A stretch of DNA of 64,000 nucleotides from an uncultured Eubacteriales bacterium. Its GTDB lineage: Bacteria > Bacillota > Clostridia > Christensenellales > UMGS416. Below the pieces are notes generated by a model. That model was not told the DNA's origin and did not search any database. It was given only the letters and a program-made list of their open reading frames with translations. Of the stretch, positions 37,434-47,098 are shown one piece after another. A program made the position numbers and the translations under genes. Numbering within the stretch: the first letter of the stretch is position 1; the number at the start of each line of letters is the position of its first letter. Where the stretch lies: assembly GCA_900542005.1 (NCBI GenBank), contig UQLW01000008.1, positions 12,587 through 76,586 of the forward strand, read 5' to 3'.

Positions 37434-37451
37434 AGTTAGCTATAGCTAACT
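37434..37451. promoter_or_regulatory. Perfect 18-bp palindrome AGTTAGCTATAGCTAACT between the TetR gene and the ABC exporter genes (candidate TetR operator)
   Basis: The sequence is self-complementary over all 18 nt. It lies in the 110-bp gap between the tetR stop (37412) and the exporter start (37523). Confidence 0.55.
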
Positions 37452-37522
37452 AATAGATGGTCTAAGAGGCGGCTAAAGGCGCCTTTTATCAAAGAGAATC
37501 AACAATAGAAGGGGGAATTTGG

Positions 37523-39292
37523 TTGAAAAAGCAATCCAATCTTTCACGACTGCTTGGGTATGCCGGCCGATACAGATACCTGAGCTATGCCTCGTGGGGG
37601 CTATCGGCCGCCAGCGCGCTGTTAGCGCTGATCCCGTATGTGTATATCTGGCGGGTGATGAAACAGGTGATGGAGACGGCACCTGGCTTTGAAGGGGCCC
37701 AAAACCTGACGCACGACGGGTGGATGGCCGTGCTATTTGCGGTGATCGCCATGCTGGTCTATATCGCAGGGCTGATGTGCTCCCATATGGGCGCCTTCCG
37801 CATTGCCACCAATCTGAGAATTGCTGCCATGGAACACATAGTCCGTCTTCCGCTGGGCGCGGCAGAGTCCTTTGGCAGCGGGAAGCTGCGCAAAATCGTC
37901 AATGAATCCAGCGCGGCGACGGAAACCTATCTGGCCCATCAGCTTCCGGACCGGGCCGGGGCCATCGCCACGCCCTGCGGGCTGCTGGCGCTGCTCATCG
38001 CCTTCGATTGGCGGCTGGGGCTTTTGAGCCTTGTCCCGGTGATATTGGGCTTCCTCATCATGATGGCCATGACAGGGCCAAGGATGCAGCAGAAAATGAA
38101 GGAATACCAAAATGCCCTGGACGATATGTCCAATGAAGCGGTGGAATATGTCCGGGGTATCCCGGTGGTCAAGACCTTTGGCCAGACGATCTTTTCCTTC
38201 AAGAAGTTTAAGGGCTCCATCGACCGGTATCAGAAATGGGTGATCGCCTATACCAAGGAGCTCCGTACGCCGATGATGCTTTACACGGCAGCCATCAATG
38301 GCGTATTCGCCTTTTTGATCGGGGGCGCGCTGTGGATAACCCGGCAGGGTGTGACCACGGAATTCTTGCTGAATCTGATCTTCTATATCATCATCACGCC
38401 CATTATATCCGTTACGCTGACCAAGATCATGTTCCAAAGCGAGAACGCGATGATTGTGGATGACGCGCTGCAGCGCATAGATAGCGTGCTGAACCTCAAA
38501 CCCCTGAAGGAGCCCCAGCGGCCGCAGCTGCCCAAGGATGCTTCCATCACCCTCAGGCATGTCCGCTTTAGCTACGATGGCAAGACTGATGCGATCCGGG
38601 ATGTTTCCCTACACATCCCCGCCGGGCAGCGCGTAGCCCTTGTAGGGCCCTCCGGCGGCGGCAAGACCACGTTGGCAAACCTGATTTCCCGCTTCTTTGA
38701 TCCCCAGAGCGGAACGGTCGAGATCGGCGGTGTTGACGTAAGGGAGATTCCCAAAGAAGCCCTGATGGATACGGTGTCCTTTGTATTTCAGCATAGCCGC
38801 CTCATCAAAGCCTCCATCCTGGACAACGTGCGGATGGGCAGGCCGGACGCCAGCCGGGAAGAAATTATGGCTGCGCTTGAGCATGCCCAGTGCGCCGACA
38901 TCCTGGAAAAGCTGCCCCAAGGCGTGGATACCGTCGTAGGGGCAAAAGGCGTCTATCTCTCCGGCGGGGAGCAGCAGCGAATTGCCATTGCCCGGGTGAT
39001 GCTGAAAAACGCGCCGGTCATCATCCTGGATGAAGCGACAGCCTTTGCCGATCCCGACAACGAGGCCAAGGTACAGGCGGCCTTCTCCAACCTATCCAAG
39101 GGGAAGACGGTAATCATGATCGCCCACCGCCTTTCTACGGTGAAGGACGTGGATACCCTCTATGTGGTGAAGGACGGGGTTATTGCTGAAAGCGGAACCA
39201 GCCGGGAGCTGCTGGAGCAGGACGGCATTTTCAGTAAAATGTGGAAGGACTATCGCCACTCTGTACAGTGGAAGGTCTCAAAGGAGGCATAG
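37523..39292 (+). CDS. ABC exporter, fused permease/ATPase half-transporter (heterodimer partner 1)
   Basis: 589 aa with a TTG start. It has a 6-TM domain, then Walker A GPSGGGKTT, signature LSGGEQQRIAIARV, Walker B IILDEATAFAD and an H-loop in MIAHRL. Confidence 0.9.
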   Translation: MKKQSNLSRLLGYAGRYRYLSYASWGLSAASALLALIPYVYIWRVMKQVMETAPGFEGAQNLTHDGWMAVLFAVIAMLVYIAGLMCSHMGAFRIATNLRIAAMEHIVRLPLGAAESFGSGKLRKIVNESSAATETYLAHQLPDRAGAIATPCGLLALLIAFDWRLGLLSLVPVILGFLIMMAMTGPRMQQKMKEYQNALDDMSNEAVEYVRGIPVVKTFGQTIFSFKKFKGSIDRYQKWVIAYTKELRTPMMLYTAAINGVFAFLIGGALWITRQGVTTEFLLNLIFYIIITPIISVTLTKIMFQSENAMIVDDALQRIDSVLNLKPLKEPQRPQLPKDASITLRHVRFSYDGKTDAIRDVSLHIPAGQRVALVGPSGGGKTTLANLISRFFDPQSGTVEIGGVDVREIPKEALMDTVSFVFQHSRLIKASILDNVRMGRPDASREEIMAALEHAQCADILEKLPQGVDTVVGAKGVYLSGGEQQRIAIARVMLKNAPVIILDEATAFADPDNEAKVQAAFSNLSKGKTVIMIAHRLSTVKDVDTLYVVKDGVIAESGTSRELLEQDGIFSKMWKDYRHSVQWKVSKEA

Positions 39293-39295
39293 AGC

Positions 39296-41029
39296 ATGAT
39301 TGAGCGGCTGAAAAAACAATACGCGCTATCCGAACGGGGGGCTAAGGATCTGGTCAAAGGCTGCCTGGCCTGTGTGCTGCAGAACCTCTCCTTTATGTTT
39401 CCGGTTGGGCTTCTGTACACGCTCGTCAGCGAGCTGATGGCCGGCGGCGTGACCGGCGGCAGGGCGGCATTTTATGGAGCCGGCTGCGCCATATGCGTGG
39501 CGCTGATCCTGCTGACGACATATATTCAATATAACGCCACTTATTTTGCCACCTATGTGGAGAGCGGCGTACGGCGGATTACGCTGGCGGAGCGGCTGCG
39601 GAAGATTCCGCTGTCCTTTTTCGGAAAGAAGGACCTTGCCGATTTAACCAGCACCATCATGGCGGATTCTACCTTCCTGGAGCAGAGCTTCTCCCACTTT
39701 ATACCGGAGCTGGCCGGTTCCATTTTGTCCACCCTGCTGATCGCTGTGAGCCTTTTCTTCTATGACTGGCGTATGGCTCTGGCCGCCCTGTGGGTGATGC
39801 CCGTTTCCTTTGCGATCGTAGGCTTTTCCGCCAAGGTGCAGGAGCGGCTGAACCAAAAGGCGATGGACGCGAGGATGGCCTGCGCGGACGGCATTCAGGA
39901 GTGCATTGAAGCGGTGCGGGATCTAAAGGCCAATAACGCCGAAGGGGATTATCTGGAAGGGCTGAAAAGGAAGATCCGGGCGGTGGAGCGGCGCTCCATC
40001 ATCAATGAATTCGGCCTGGCGGCCTTTGTAGTAAGCGCCTCCCTCATCCTGAAGCTGGGTATCGCCACCGTAGCGCTGGCGGGCTCCATCCTGCTCTTGC
40101 AGGGGACGCTGGATATAATGACCTTCTTTCTTTTCCTGCTGGTCGTCTCACGCCTGTACGATCCGCTGCAGGGCGCGCTGCAGAACCTGGCGGCCGTCAT
40201 CAGCACCCGCACGAATATCGCCCGGATGAACGAGATCCTCGGCCATCCGATTCAGCAGGGCGAAAGCCGGCTGACAAACCGGGGCTTTGATATCGTCTTT
40301 GACCGTGTGGGATTTGCCTACAATACTGGGGAAACCGTGCTGAAGGACGTATCCTTTACGGCGAAGCAGGGGGAGGTGACCGCCCTGGTGGGGCCCTCCG
40401 GCGGCGGCAAGACCACCGTATCCCGGCTGGCCGCCCGCTTTTGGGACCCGGATCAAGGCAGGATCACCGTAGGCGGGATGGACATTTCCCAAATCGAGCC
40501 CGAGACGCTGCTTTCGCTGTACTCCATCGTATTTCAGGATGTGACGCTGTTTAATCAAACCATCCTGGAGAATATCCGCATCGGCAATAAAGACGCCACC
40601 GATGAGGAGGTGATGGCCGCGGCACGGCTGGCTAATGTGGATGAATTTGCCCAACGGCTGCCGGATCAATGGAATAGCAAAATTGGGGAGAACGGCTGCG
40701 CCCTTTCCGGAGGTGAACGCCAGCGGATATCCATTGCCCGCGCCTTCCTCAAAAACGCCCCGATTATCCTGCTGGACGAGGCCACCGCCTCCCTGGATGT
40801 GGAGAATGAGACGCTGATCCAAACGGCGCTGTCCCGTCTGATTCGTGATAGGACGGTGCTGGTCATTGCCCACCGGATGCGTACGGTGGCAGGAGCGGAT
40901 AAAATCGTGGTGCTGGACGGCGGCACGGTGGCGGAGCAGGGCACGCCGGACAGCCTCGCCCAGCAAAGGGGCATCTATGCGCGCATGGTGCGGCAGCAGT
41001 CCCAAAGCCAGCAATGGCGGCTGGTATAG
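39296..41029 (+). CDS. ABC exporter, fused permease/ATPase half-transporter (heterodimer partner 2)
   Basis: 577 aa. It has Walker A GPSGGGKTT, signature LSGGERQRISIARA and Walker B ILLDEATASLD. The start is 3 nt after the partner's stop. Confidence 0.9.
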   Translation: MIERLKKQYALSERGAKDLVKGCLACVLQNLSFMFPVGLLYTLVSELMAGGVTGGRAAFYGAGCAICVALILLTTYIQYNATYFATYVESGVRRITLAERLRKIPLSFFGKKDLADLTSTIMADSTFLEQSFSHFIPELAGSILSTLLIAVSLFFYDWRMALAALWVMPVSFAIVGFSAKVQERLNQKAMDARMACADGIQECIEAVRDLKANNAEGDYLEGLKRKIRAVERRSIINEFGLAAFVVSASLILKLGIATVALAGSILLLQGTLDIMTFFLFLLVVSRLYDPLQGALQNLAAVISTRTNIARMNEILGHPIQQGESRLTNRGFDIVFDRVGFAYNTGETVLKDVSFTAKQGEVTALVGPSGGGKTTVSRLAARFWDPDQGRITVGGMDISQIEPETLLSLYSIVFQDVTLFNQTILENIRIGNKDATDEEVMAAARLANVDEFAQRLPDQWNSKIGENGCALSGGERQRISIARAFLKNAPIILLDEATASLDVENETLIQTALSRLIRDRTVLVIAHRMRTVAGADKIVVLDGGTVAEQGTPDSLAQQRGIYARMVRQQSQSQQWRLV

Positions 41030-41064
41030 ACCTGCATACTGGAAAACAAGAGCTCCATATAGCT

Positions 41065-41096
41065 AAAGCCGGCGCGGCAGATGCCGCGCCGGCTTT
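41065..41096. terminator. Bidirectional terminator between the convergent ABC exporter and GH78-like genes
   Basis: 14-bp perfect stem AAAGCCGGCGCGGC / GCCGCGCCGGCTTT with a 4-nt loop. Confidence 0.8.
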
Positions 41097-41170
41097 CCTA
41101 TTTATCCTAGAGCATGGTCCCTATCAGCGCCCGGGCCTTGAAGGAGGCGTATGGAGAGGACGGATCTGGC

Positions 41171-43471
41171 CTATTCCACAATATGGCTGCCGCCATCGGG
41201 GAAATAGAAGCCCCGGCCATCGGGCAGGTAGACCCGCACCGGCACGCTGGGCGCAGTAAAGCTCAGGCTGTAGCGGCTGTCCTTGATGATCCAGGAGACC
41301 TCGACGCTGCCCTTTGGCGTGCAGACCTGACCCGCGCACTGGGAAAGGCCGCAGGGAACGGGCGTGATGCGGATCTCTGCCCAGCCCGGCTGGCCGGGCT
41401 GTACGCCAAGCCACTTCCGGGGCAGCTCATACAGCACAAGGGCGCTCCAGGCGTGGCAGTCGCTGCGCACCCGGAAGGGGCGTTCAGGCACGGTGGTCAG
41501 ATGGTCCTTGAGCATATCGCGGTATACCGCCCAGATTTGGCTGTCGGCGCGTTCATAGAGGCCGACAGCCTCCAACGCCCGGATCAGGTTGAACATCCAG
41601 GGGAAGGAGCAGGGGATCAGGCTTGGGTCAGCCAAGGTGCGCTCCATCAGCGCCCGGGCTTCGCCGCCGGACACAAGGCCGGTGAGGATGGCCAGGATCT
41701 GGGTGTGCTGGGTGTACTCCTCCACCGCCGGCCCCTCGCGGAATAATCCGCGCCCGGTATCGTAGCACTGGGCCTGAACCCCTGAGAGGATGGCCTGGGC
41801 CCGGGCCGTATAGTCGGCGGCCAGCGCGGGACGGCCCATGGGCTGGGCCATGCGGGCCGCGGCCTGCAGCGCCTGTGCATAGCAGAGGTTATGCATGGCG
41901 CAGGGCCCGGCGTCCACCGCAAAGGGCACGCCGTGCCGCTCCTCCCACTGAGGGGTCCAATCGCCGAAATCCCAATAGCCCAGATGCTCCACCAGCCCGC
42001 TGGCGCCGGTATGGCGGTCAAAATAATCCAACACCCCATCCATGGTGGAGCGGTATTGCTTCAGGAGCGCATCGTCGCCAGTCTGCGTATAATAGTCCTC
42101 CAGCATAAAGATCCAGTGCAGGCTAAAGACTGGGATCACCTGCGGGTACTGGGAGGGATAACGGGATTGCAGCATCCCGTCAGGCAGCTGGGAGCAGTGA
42201 AAATCCCACAGGGTGCGGCGGGCCATCCGCGTATCGCCGCCGACCGCATAGGTGAACAGCATCTCCAGGCGCGTGTCCATGATATACTGGAGCTGCTCAT
42301 AATAGGGGCAGTCCTCATAGGTTTCATGCATGCAGCGGTTCAGGGTGCGCAGCGAGATGCGCCAGAGCTGATCGGCCCAATCGGGCGTCAGGGTGGGCAG
42401 GGTAGAGACGGGAAGCGGGTAATCGGTCTCCAGGAAGGCGGGCATGGCCAGGGTGAGCTCGGTTTCAGCCTCCACCTCCAGGCGGATAAAGCGGAAGGTA
42501 CGGAACCAAAAGCTGTCCCAGGCCAAAGGCGTGCCTGCGGCCAGGATGACGTCGGTCGTGCCGGTCAGGCGGCCGCTGGCATCGTCGCGTACGCCCTTGT
42601 CGCCCTTTTCATCCACATAGCTTTCCGCATAAATCAGCCGTACCCGGCCGCGGCCGCTTTGGATGCGCAGCTTAACATAAGCGGTATAGAGCGCGTCGAA
42701 GGCCAGCTCCAGCACCTGACGGCCGCCGGCGGGCACGGTGGCCACGCCGTCGGTAAAGGCCAAGCCCTCCTCGCCGGGGCGGACGGGCTGGGCGCGGATC
42801 GGAGACAGGGGACGCTGATAGAGGGAGGGGATGGGCCGCTCCTTCAGGATCAGGGGGGAGATTTCCCCGAAGGGATTGATCCCGCTGGCAAAGCGCACCG
42901 CCGCCGCCGGCCAGTCCCGGCCGCCGCTGGTAGCCCAATCGGCGCAGGCCAGCGAGCCGTCATATTGCTCCACCCCGCCGCCCTGCCAGGCAGCGGGGCA
43001 GCTGATGAGCTCGGTAGCGCGGTCCCAGCAGGCCTGCCAGGCGGCGTATCCGGTCGAGAGATCCAGCCCCTCGCCCACGCTCTCCAGGAAAAAGAGCGGC
43101 TCCTGCTGGAAGGACATGACGCTGGTGGGCCCATTGACCTGGTTATGGTCGACGGTACGCTCCAGCGGCGCATACCACATGACCCGGGCCAGCAGGATAT
43201 TCTCACCAGCCAGCAGGGGCAGCTGCAGCGTATCATAGAAGTGGTTCCAGCGGTCGCCCTTGGCGGGACCGGCGTGGATGGACTGCCCGTTCACATAGAG
43301 CCGGTAGCGATCGGCCGCCGATACCCGGACGGTAACAAGCCGGTCCTCGGGCAGGGTAAAGGCGAGGCGGAAATAGGTGGATACAGAACGGCGGGGCAGC
43401 GATTGCACCACCGCATCGGGCAGCGCGATCCAGCGGGCATGCTGCAGCTGGTTGGCAATGGATTCAAGCAT
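41171..43471 (-). CDS. GH78-like (alpha-L-rhamnosidase family) six-hairpin glycoside hydrolase, cytoplasmic
   Basis: 766 aa with no signal peptide. The N-terminal domain has RVSAADRYRLYVNGQSIHAGPAKGD. The catalytic-domain entry is HETYEDCPYYEQLQYIMDTR, followed by an (alpha/alpha)6-type region. Confidence 0.65.
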   Translation of the reverse strand: MLESIANQLQHARWIALPDAVVQSLPRRSVSTYFRLAFTLPEDRLVTVRVSAADRYRLYVNGQSIHAGPAKGDRWNHFYDTLQLPLLAGENILLARVMWYAPLERTVDHNQVNGPTSVMSFQQEPLFFLESVGEGLDLSTGYAAWQACWDRATELISCPAAWQGGGVEQYDGSLACADWATSGGRDWPAAAVRFASGINPFGEISPLILKERPIPSLYQRPLSPIRAQPVRPGEEGLAFTDGVATVPAGGRQVLELAFDALYTAYVKLRIQSGRGRVRLIYAESYVDEKGDKGVRDDASGRLTGTTDVILAAGTPLAWDSFWFRTFRFIRLEVEAETELTLAMPAFLETDYPLPVSTLPTLTPDWADQLWRISLRTLNRCMHETYEDCPYYEQLQYIMDTRLEMLFTYAVGGDTRMARRTLWDFHCSQLPDGMLQSRYPSQYPQVIPVFSLHWIFMLEDYYTQTGDDALLKQYRSTMDGVLDYFDRHTGASGLVEHLGYWDFGDWTPQWEERHGVPFAVDAGPCAMHNLCYAQALQAAARMAQPMGRPALAADYTARAQAILSGVQAQCYDTGRGLFREGPAVEEYTQHTQILAILTGLVSGGEARALMERTLADPSLIPCSFPWMFNLIRALEAVGLYERADSQIWAVYRDMLKDHLTTVPERPFRVRSDCHAWSALVLYELPRKWLGVQPGQPGWAEIRITPVPCGLSQCAGQVCTPKGSVEVSWIIKDSRYSLSFTAPSVPVRVYLPDGRGFYFPDGGSHIVE

Positions 43472-43482
43472 GGGATACCTCC

Positions 43483-44355
43483 TTAGCGCGCTTCGGGCAG
43501 GATCACAAGCTGACCCCTGGGAAGCACTGAAATCTCGACCCGGCGCTGGCCGGGCTGTATCTCGCCGTCGGCGTTCAGGTCAAAGCCGTCGGCCCCGCCG
43601 GCCTCGATGACAATATGGCGCGCGCGGGAAAAATGAACGAAATCATAGCAGGGATGCTGGCCCTTCATAAACCGCGGCAGCAGCCGCAGCACCGTGCCGG
43701 TGGATACCGGCTCGATGGTGCAAAGGTCCAGCAGGCCGTCGCAGGGATCGGCCATGGGCAGCACGTTCATACCGCCGCCGTAATGGGTGCCGCAGCCGGC
43801 GGCTACCAGATAGTAGCGGCCCTGCTGCGTTGCACCGTCCACCGTAAGGGTCAGTTCGGTATACCGGTAGCGGGTGAGCGCAGCGTACACGCCCATGGCA
43901 TAGCTGACGCTGCCAAAGCTCTTGTATTGCTGGGCCGCCTTCACCACCTGGGCGTCGAAGCCGACCGACATGATATTGAGGAAAATGCGCCCGTTAACCC
44001 GAAGGATGTCCACCCGGCCGCGGGCGCCCCGCCGGAGCACCTCCACGGCCTGCTCCAGGCCCAGGGGGATACCATAGCCCCGGCAGGTATCGTTCCCTGT
44101 GCCGGCGGGCAGGATCCCCAGCGGCAGCGCCGTATCCCGCAGCCCGGCGGCCGTCTCCGATACGGTACCGTCGCCGCCCATTGCGACGACCGCTTCATAG
44201 ACGCCGGCTTTCGCCGCTTCGCGGGCCAGCTCGGTAGCGTGTCCGGGCGCATGGGTGTAGACAGTCCGGCAATTCCCCAGAAGGGAGGACGCCTTATCGG
44301 CCAGGCGCATGGCTTTGCCATGGCCGGCGACGGGATTTACAATTAGCAGCATCAT
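43483..44355 (-). CDS. Diacylglycerol/lipid kinase (YegS/DagK family)
   Basis: 290 aa. Motifs: MMLLIVNPVAGHGKA and AMGGDGTVSETAAGL...LGILPAGTGND. Confidence 0.85.
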   Translation of the reverse strand: MMLLIVNPVAGHGKAMRLADKASSLLGNCRTVYTHAPGHATELAREAAKAGVYEAVVAMGGDGTVSETAAGLRDTALPLGILPAGTGNDTCRGYGIPLGLEQAVEVLRRGARGRVDILRVNGRIFLNIMSVGFDAQVVKAAQQYKSFGSVSYAMGVYAALTRYRYTELTLTVDGATQQGRYYLVAAGCGTHYGGGMNVLPMADPCDGLLDLCTIEPVSTGTVLRLLPRFMKGQHPCYDFVHFSRARHIVIEAGGADGFDLNADGEIQPGQRRVEISVLPRGQLVILPEAR

Positions 44356-44480
44356 GGGCGGGAGTCTCCTTGTTGACAGGATCGGGAATCATTAGGGGAC
44401 AAAGGGTTCATCCTCCATTATACGACTTCCCTGCAAGGATGAAAAGTATAATCTTGATCCCGCCGGATGGATGCAAGGGC

Positions 44481-45593
44481 CTATCGTGTCAGCCGCAGGA
44501 TGTTGGTATCGCTGGCGAACCAGCTCATATTGTAGCTGATGAGCACATCCGTTACCCCCTGCTCGATGAGATAGGGCCTGACGGGCTGGCTGAAATACCG
44601 AAGGTCGATCAGAATAACCCGGTCGTAATGGGCGGCCAGCAGCGGGGCCAGCGCGTGGGCAAAGGAATCCTTCATGACCGCCAGCGTGCGGCCGGTGTGG
44701 CTGCCGGTGCGGATATCCTGTGTGACGTGGTTGCCGTCCAGGAAAACGGTATACTGATCCTTCTTTTGAAGGTTCTGAAGCTTATAGGGGCTGGTATCCC
44801 CGGAGGAGACGCCGTCGTAATAAATATCCTCCACCGGCGCGGTTTCCCTATAGACCAGCGTATCGCCCTGGATCCAGGGGAGGGGGGCACGGGAATAGAG
44901 GGTGCCGTAAAAGGGAGCGGGGCTCACGGAAACGTCGGCCCAGGGCAGCGGATCAAAGCCCATCGCCTCCGCAAAGGCGCGGTAGGCCCAATATGCGCCC
45001 TGCTGGGTCCAGTGGTGGTCGGTCTTAAAATAGATCGGCTCGTCCCGGTGGGCGTAGGTCGCTTCATAGGGATCCAGCACCTCGATCCCCGTAAGGGCGG
45101 CAGCGATCGCCCGCTCATCGGCCACCGCGGCATGGGCGGGCAGGCGCTCCGGATAATAGGTGGCGGCGCTGTAGGCCGGCACAAAGCAGGCGCGGATCCC
45201 CTGCCCCTGTGCCCACTGGGCAAAGCCGGCCACATAACCGGCGTTTTTTTCCAGCTGGCCGGGGTCGGGCGCATCGCGCTTTTCAAAGAGCCAGCCGTCG
45301 CGGCCCAGATAGGCGCCGCCGATATCCTTTTTGCCCAGCAGCGCGTCGCAGGCGGCCTTCAGGCGGACCCAGCCGTCGCGGCCAAAGCACTGGTCGTTCA
45401 TCATCTCTTCCAGCTGGGGGATCCATTCTCCGGAAAAGAGCTTGGAAAGGGAAAAGCTGGGCCATCCCTGGAGCACACGGTTTTCCAGCTCGGAGAAACC
45501 GCGCTGGGGGGTGAAGATTGACAGGGCCGGCAGCAGCACAAAGACGGCGGCGAACAGGACGATGCAGAGATTGAGGTAGCGCTTGCTGACCAT
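44481..45593 (-). CDS. DHHW-motif family protein (AlgX/AlgJ-like partner of MBOAT acyltransferases)
   Basis: 370 aa with an N-terminal TM anchor. It carries the diagnostic FKTDHHWTQQGAYWAY motif and lies immediately downstream of the MBOAT gene. Confidence 0.8.
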   Translation of the reverse strand: MVSKRYLNLCIVLFAAVFVLLPALSIFTPQRGFSELENRVLQGWPSFSLSKLFSGEWIPQLEEMMNDQCFGRDGWVRLKAACDALLGKKDIGGAYLGRDGWLFEKRDAPDPGQLEKNAGYVAGFAQWAQGQGIRACFVPAYSAATYYPERLPAHAAVADERAIAAALTGIEVLDPYEATYAHRDEPIYFKTDHHWTQQGAYWAYRAFAEAMGFDPLPWADVSVSPAPFYGTLYSRAPLPWIQGDTLVYRETAPVEDIYYDGVSSGDTSPYKLQNLQKKDQYTVFLDGNHVTQDIRTGSHTGRTLAVMKDSFAHALAPLLAAHYDRVILIDLRYFSQPVRPYLIEQGVTDVLISYNMSWFASDTNILRLTR

Positions 45594-45604
45594 GGCGGGC
45601 CTCC

Positions 45605-47005
45605 TTAAAAGCGAAAATAGAGGAAGGGGTTATAGCTGGAATCCACCACATAACCCATGCAGAGGAAAAGGCCGGCCAGGCAGGCGGCCAGCGCCAGCCA
45701 GGGATAGAGCCGGGGCAGGCGCGCCTGGAGCCTGGCGCAGAGCCTGGCGGGCAGCGGTGTGGAGCACAGCGCCAGCAGCGCGAGAAGCGGGCCATAGCTG
45801 GCCAGGGCATAGAGGGAGAAGCCGTCGACCCCGCCGCCCAGCCCCAGCAGCCGGGTCAGGTACAGAGCGCCGTCCCCCAGGGCGTCAAAGCTAAAGAAGC
45901 ACCAGCCCACCACTACGGCCAGCATGGTATAGCACCAGCCCGCCCAGCGGGGCAGGCGTTCCAGAAGGGGGCCGAAAAGGAACTTTTCCAGGATGAGGAT
46001 TAGGCCAAAGTACAGGCCCCAGACAAGGAAATTCCAGCTGGCCCCATGCCAGATACCGGTTGCGGCCCAGACGATCAGGAGGTTCCGGACCTGCCGGGCG
46101 CGGCCGCAGCGGTTGCCGCCCAGGGGAATATAAAGGTATTCCCGGAACCAGGTGGAAAGGGTGATGTGCCACCGGCGCCAGAAGTCGGTGACCGAGGTGG
46201 CAACATAGGGATACCGGAAATTCTCCGGGAAGGTAAAGCCGAACATGCGCCCCAGGCCGATGGCCATCTGCGAGTAGCCGGCAAAGTCGAAGAAGATCTG
46301 GAAGGCGAAGGCCAGGATCCCCAGCCAGGCGGTCAGCGCCGGGAGCGACGCGATAGGCTGGGCCTTGACAAGCTCCCACAGGGCCCCGATGTTGTTGGCC
46401 AGCAATACCTTTTTGGCCAGGCCCAGGGTGAAATCCATCATGCCCCGCACAAGCCCCTCCCGGGTTTCTTTGCGGCCCTCCAGCTCCTCGGCCACGGTCA
46501 CATACCGCACGATCGGCCCGGCGATAAGCTGGGGGAACATGGCGACATAGCAGCCGAAGCTGATCAGGTTATGCTGCGCGGGGCATTGGCGGCGGTATAC
46601 GTCGATGGTATAGCTCATGGTCTGAAAGGTATAGAAGGAGATGCCGATTGGCAGCGGCAGATGGGTTAACGGCAGGGACAGGCCCAACGCCGCGTTGAGG
46701 CTTCCAATGAGAAAATCGGTGTATTTGAAAAAACCGAGCAGCCCCAGGTTGATGATGCAGGAGCTGGCCAGCACCCACCGGCGCGCAGCGGGGCGGCTGT
46801 CCAGCCGCTCCAGCAGAAGCCCATGGGTATAATCCACCAGCGAGGAGAAGAGCATCAGCACCACATAGACCGGCTCGCCCCAGGCATAGAAAATAAGGGA
46901 GGCGGCAAACAGCAGGCCGTTGCGCATCCGGCGGGGGCACAGAAAGTACCCCAGCATGACCGCAGGGAAGAAATACAGCAAAAATGGCACGGAGGAAAAA
47001 ACCAT
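45605..47005 (-). CDS. MBOAT family O-acyltransferase (AlgI/DltB-like)
   Basis: Track ORF trimmed to ATG 47003-47005 (MVFSSVPFLLYFFPAVML...). It is polytopic, with FWRRWHITLSTWFREYLYIPLGGNR and the catalytic His region WATGIWHGASW. Confidence 0.88.
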   Translation of the reverse strand: MVFSSVPFLLYFFPAVMLGYFLCPRRMRNGLLFAASLIFYAWGEPVYVVLMLFSSLVDYTHGLLLERLDSRPAARRWVLASSCIINLGLLGFFKYTDFLIGSLNAALGLSLPLTHLPLPIGISFYTFQTMSYTIDVYRRQCPAQHNLISFGCYVAMFPQLIAGPIVRYVTVAEELEGRKETREGLVRGMMDFTLGLAKKVLLANNIGALWELVKAQPIASLPALTAWLGILAFAFQIFFDFAGYSQMAIGLGRMFGFTFPENFRYPYVATSVTDFWRRWHITLSTWFREYLYIPLGGNRCGRARQVRNLLIVWAATGIWHGASWNFLVWGLYFGLILILEKFLFGPLLERLPRWAGWCYTMLAVVVGWCFFSFDALGDGALYLTRLLGLGGGVDGFSLYALASYGPLLALLALCSTPLPARLCARLQARLPRLYPWLALAACLAGLFLCMGYVVDSSYNPFLYFRF

Positions 47006-47098
47006 GGCAATCCGCCTTTCCAGCATTGATGGGAGCGATGGGGCAATAAAAAATTCCCCCTTCCAGTGTATCATACCCGGAAGGGGGAAGCATAGAGC

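Noticed and set aside
41891-43486. A 531-aa ORF antisense to the GH78-like gene, and shadows at 40148..41014, 43615..44346, 44370..45521, 46046..46669, 48989..50305, 50124..50771, 51893..52786, 52868..53461, 53493..54482, 54558..55448, 55455..56648, 56632..57798, 60266..61003, 61205..61810 and 61952..62638.
   Set aside because: They overlap well-supported genes on the opposite strand, and their translations are low-complexity with no recognisable domains.
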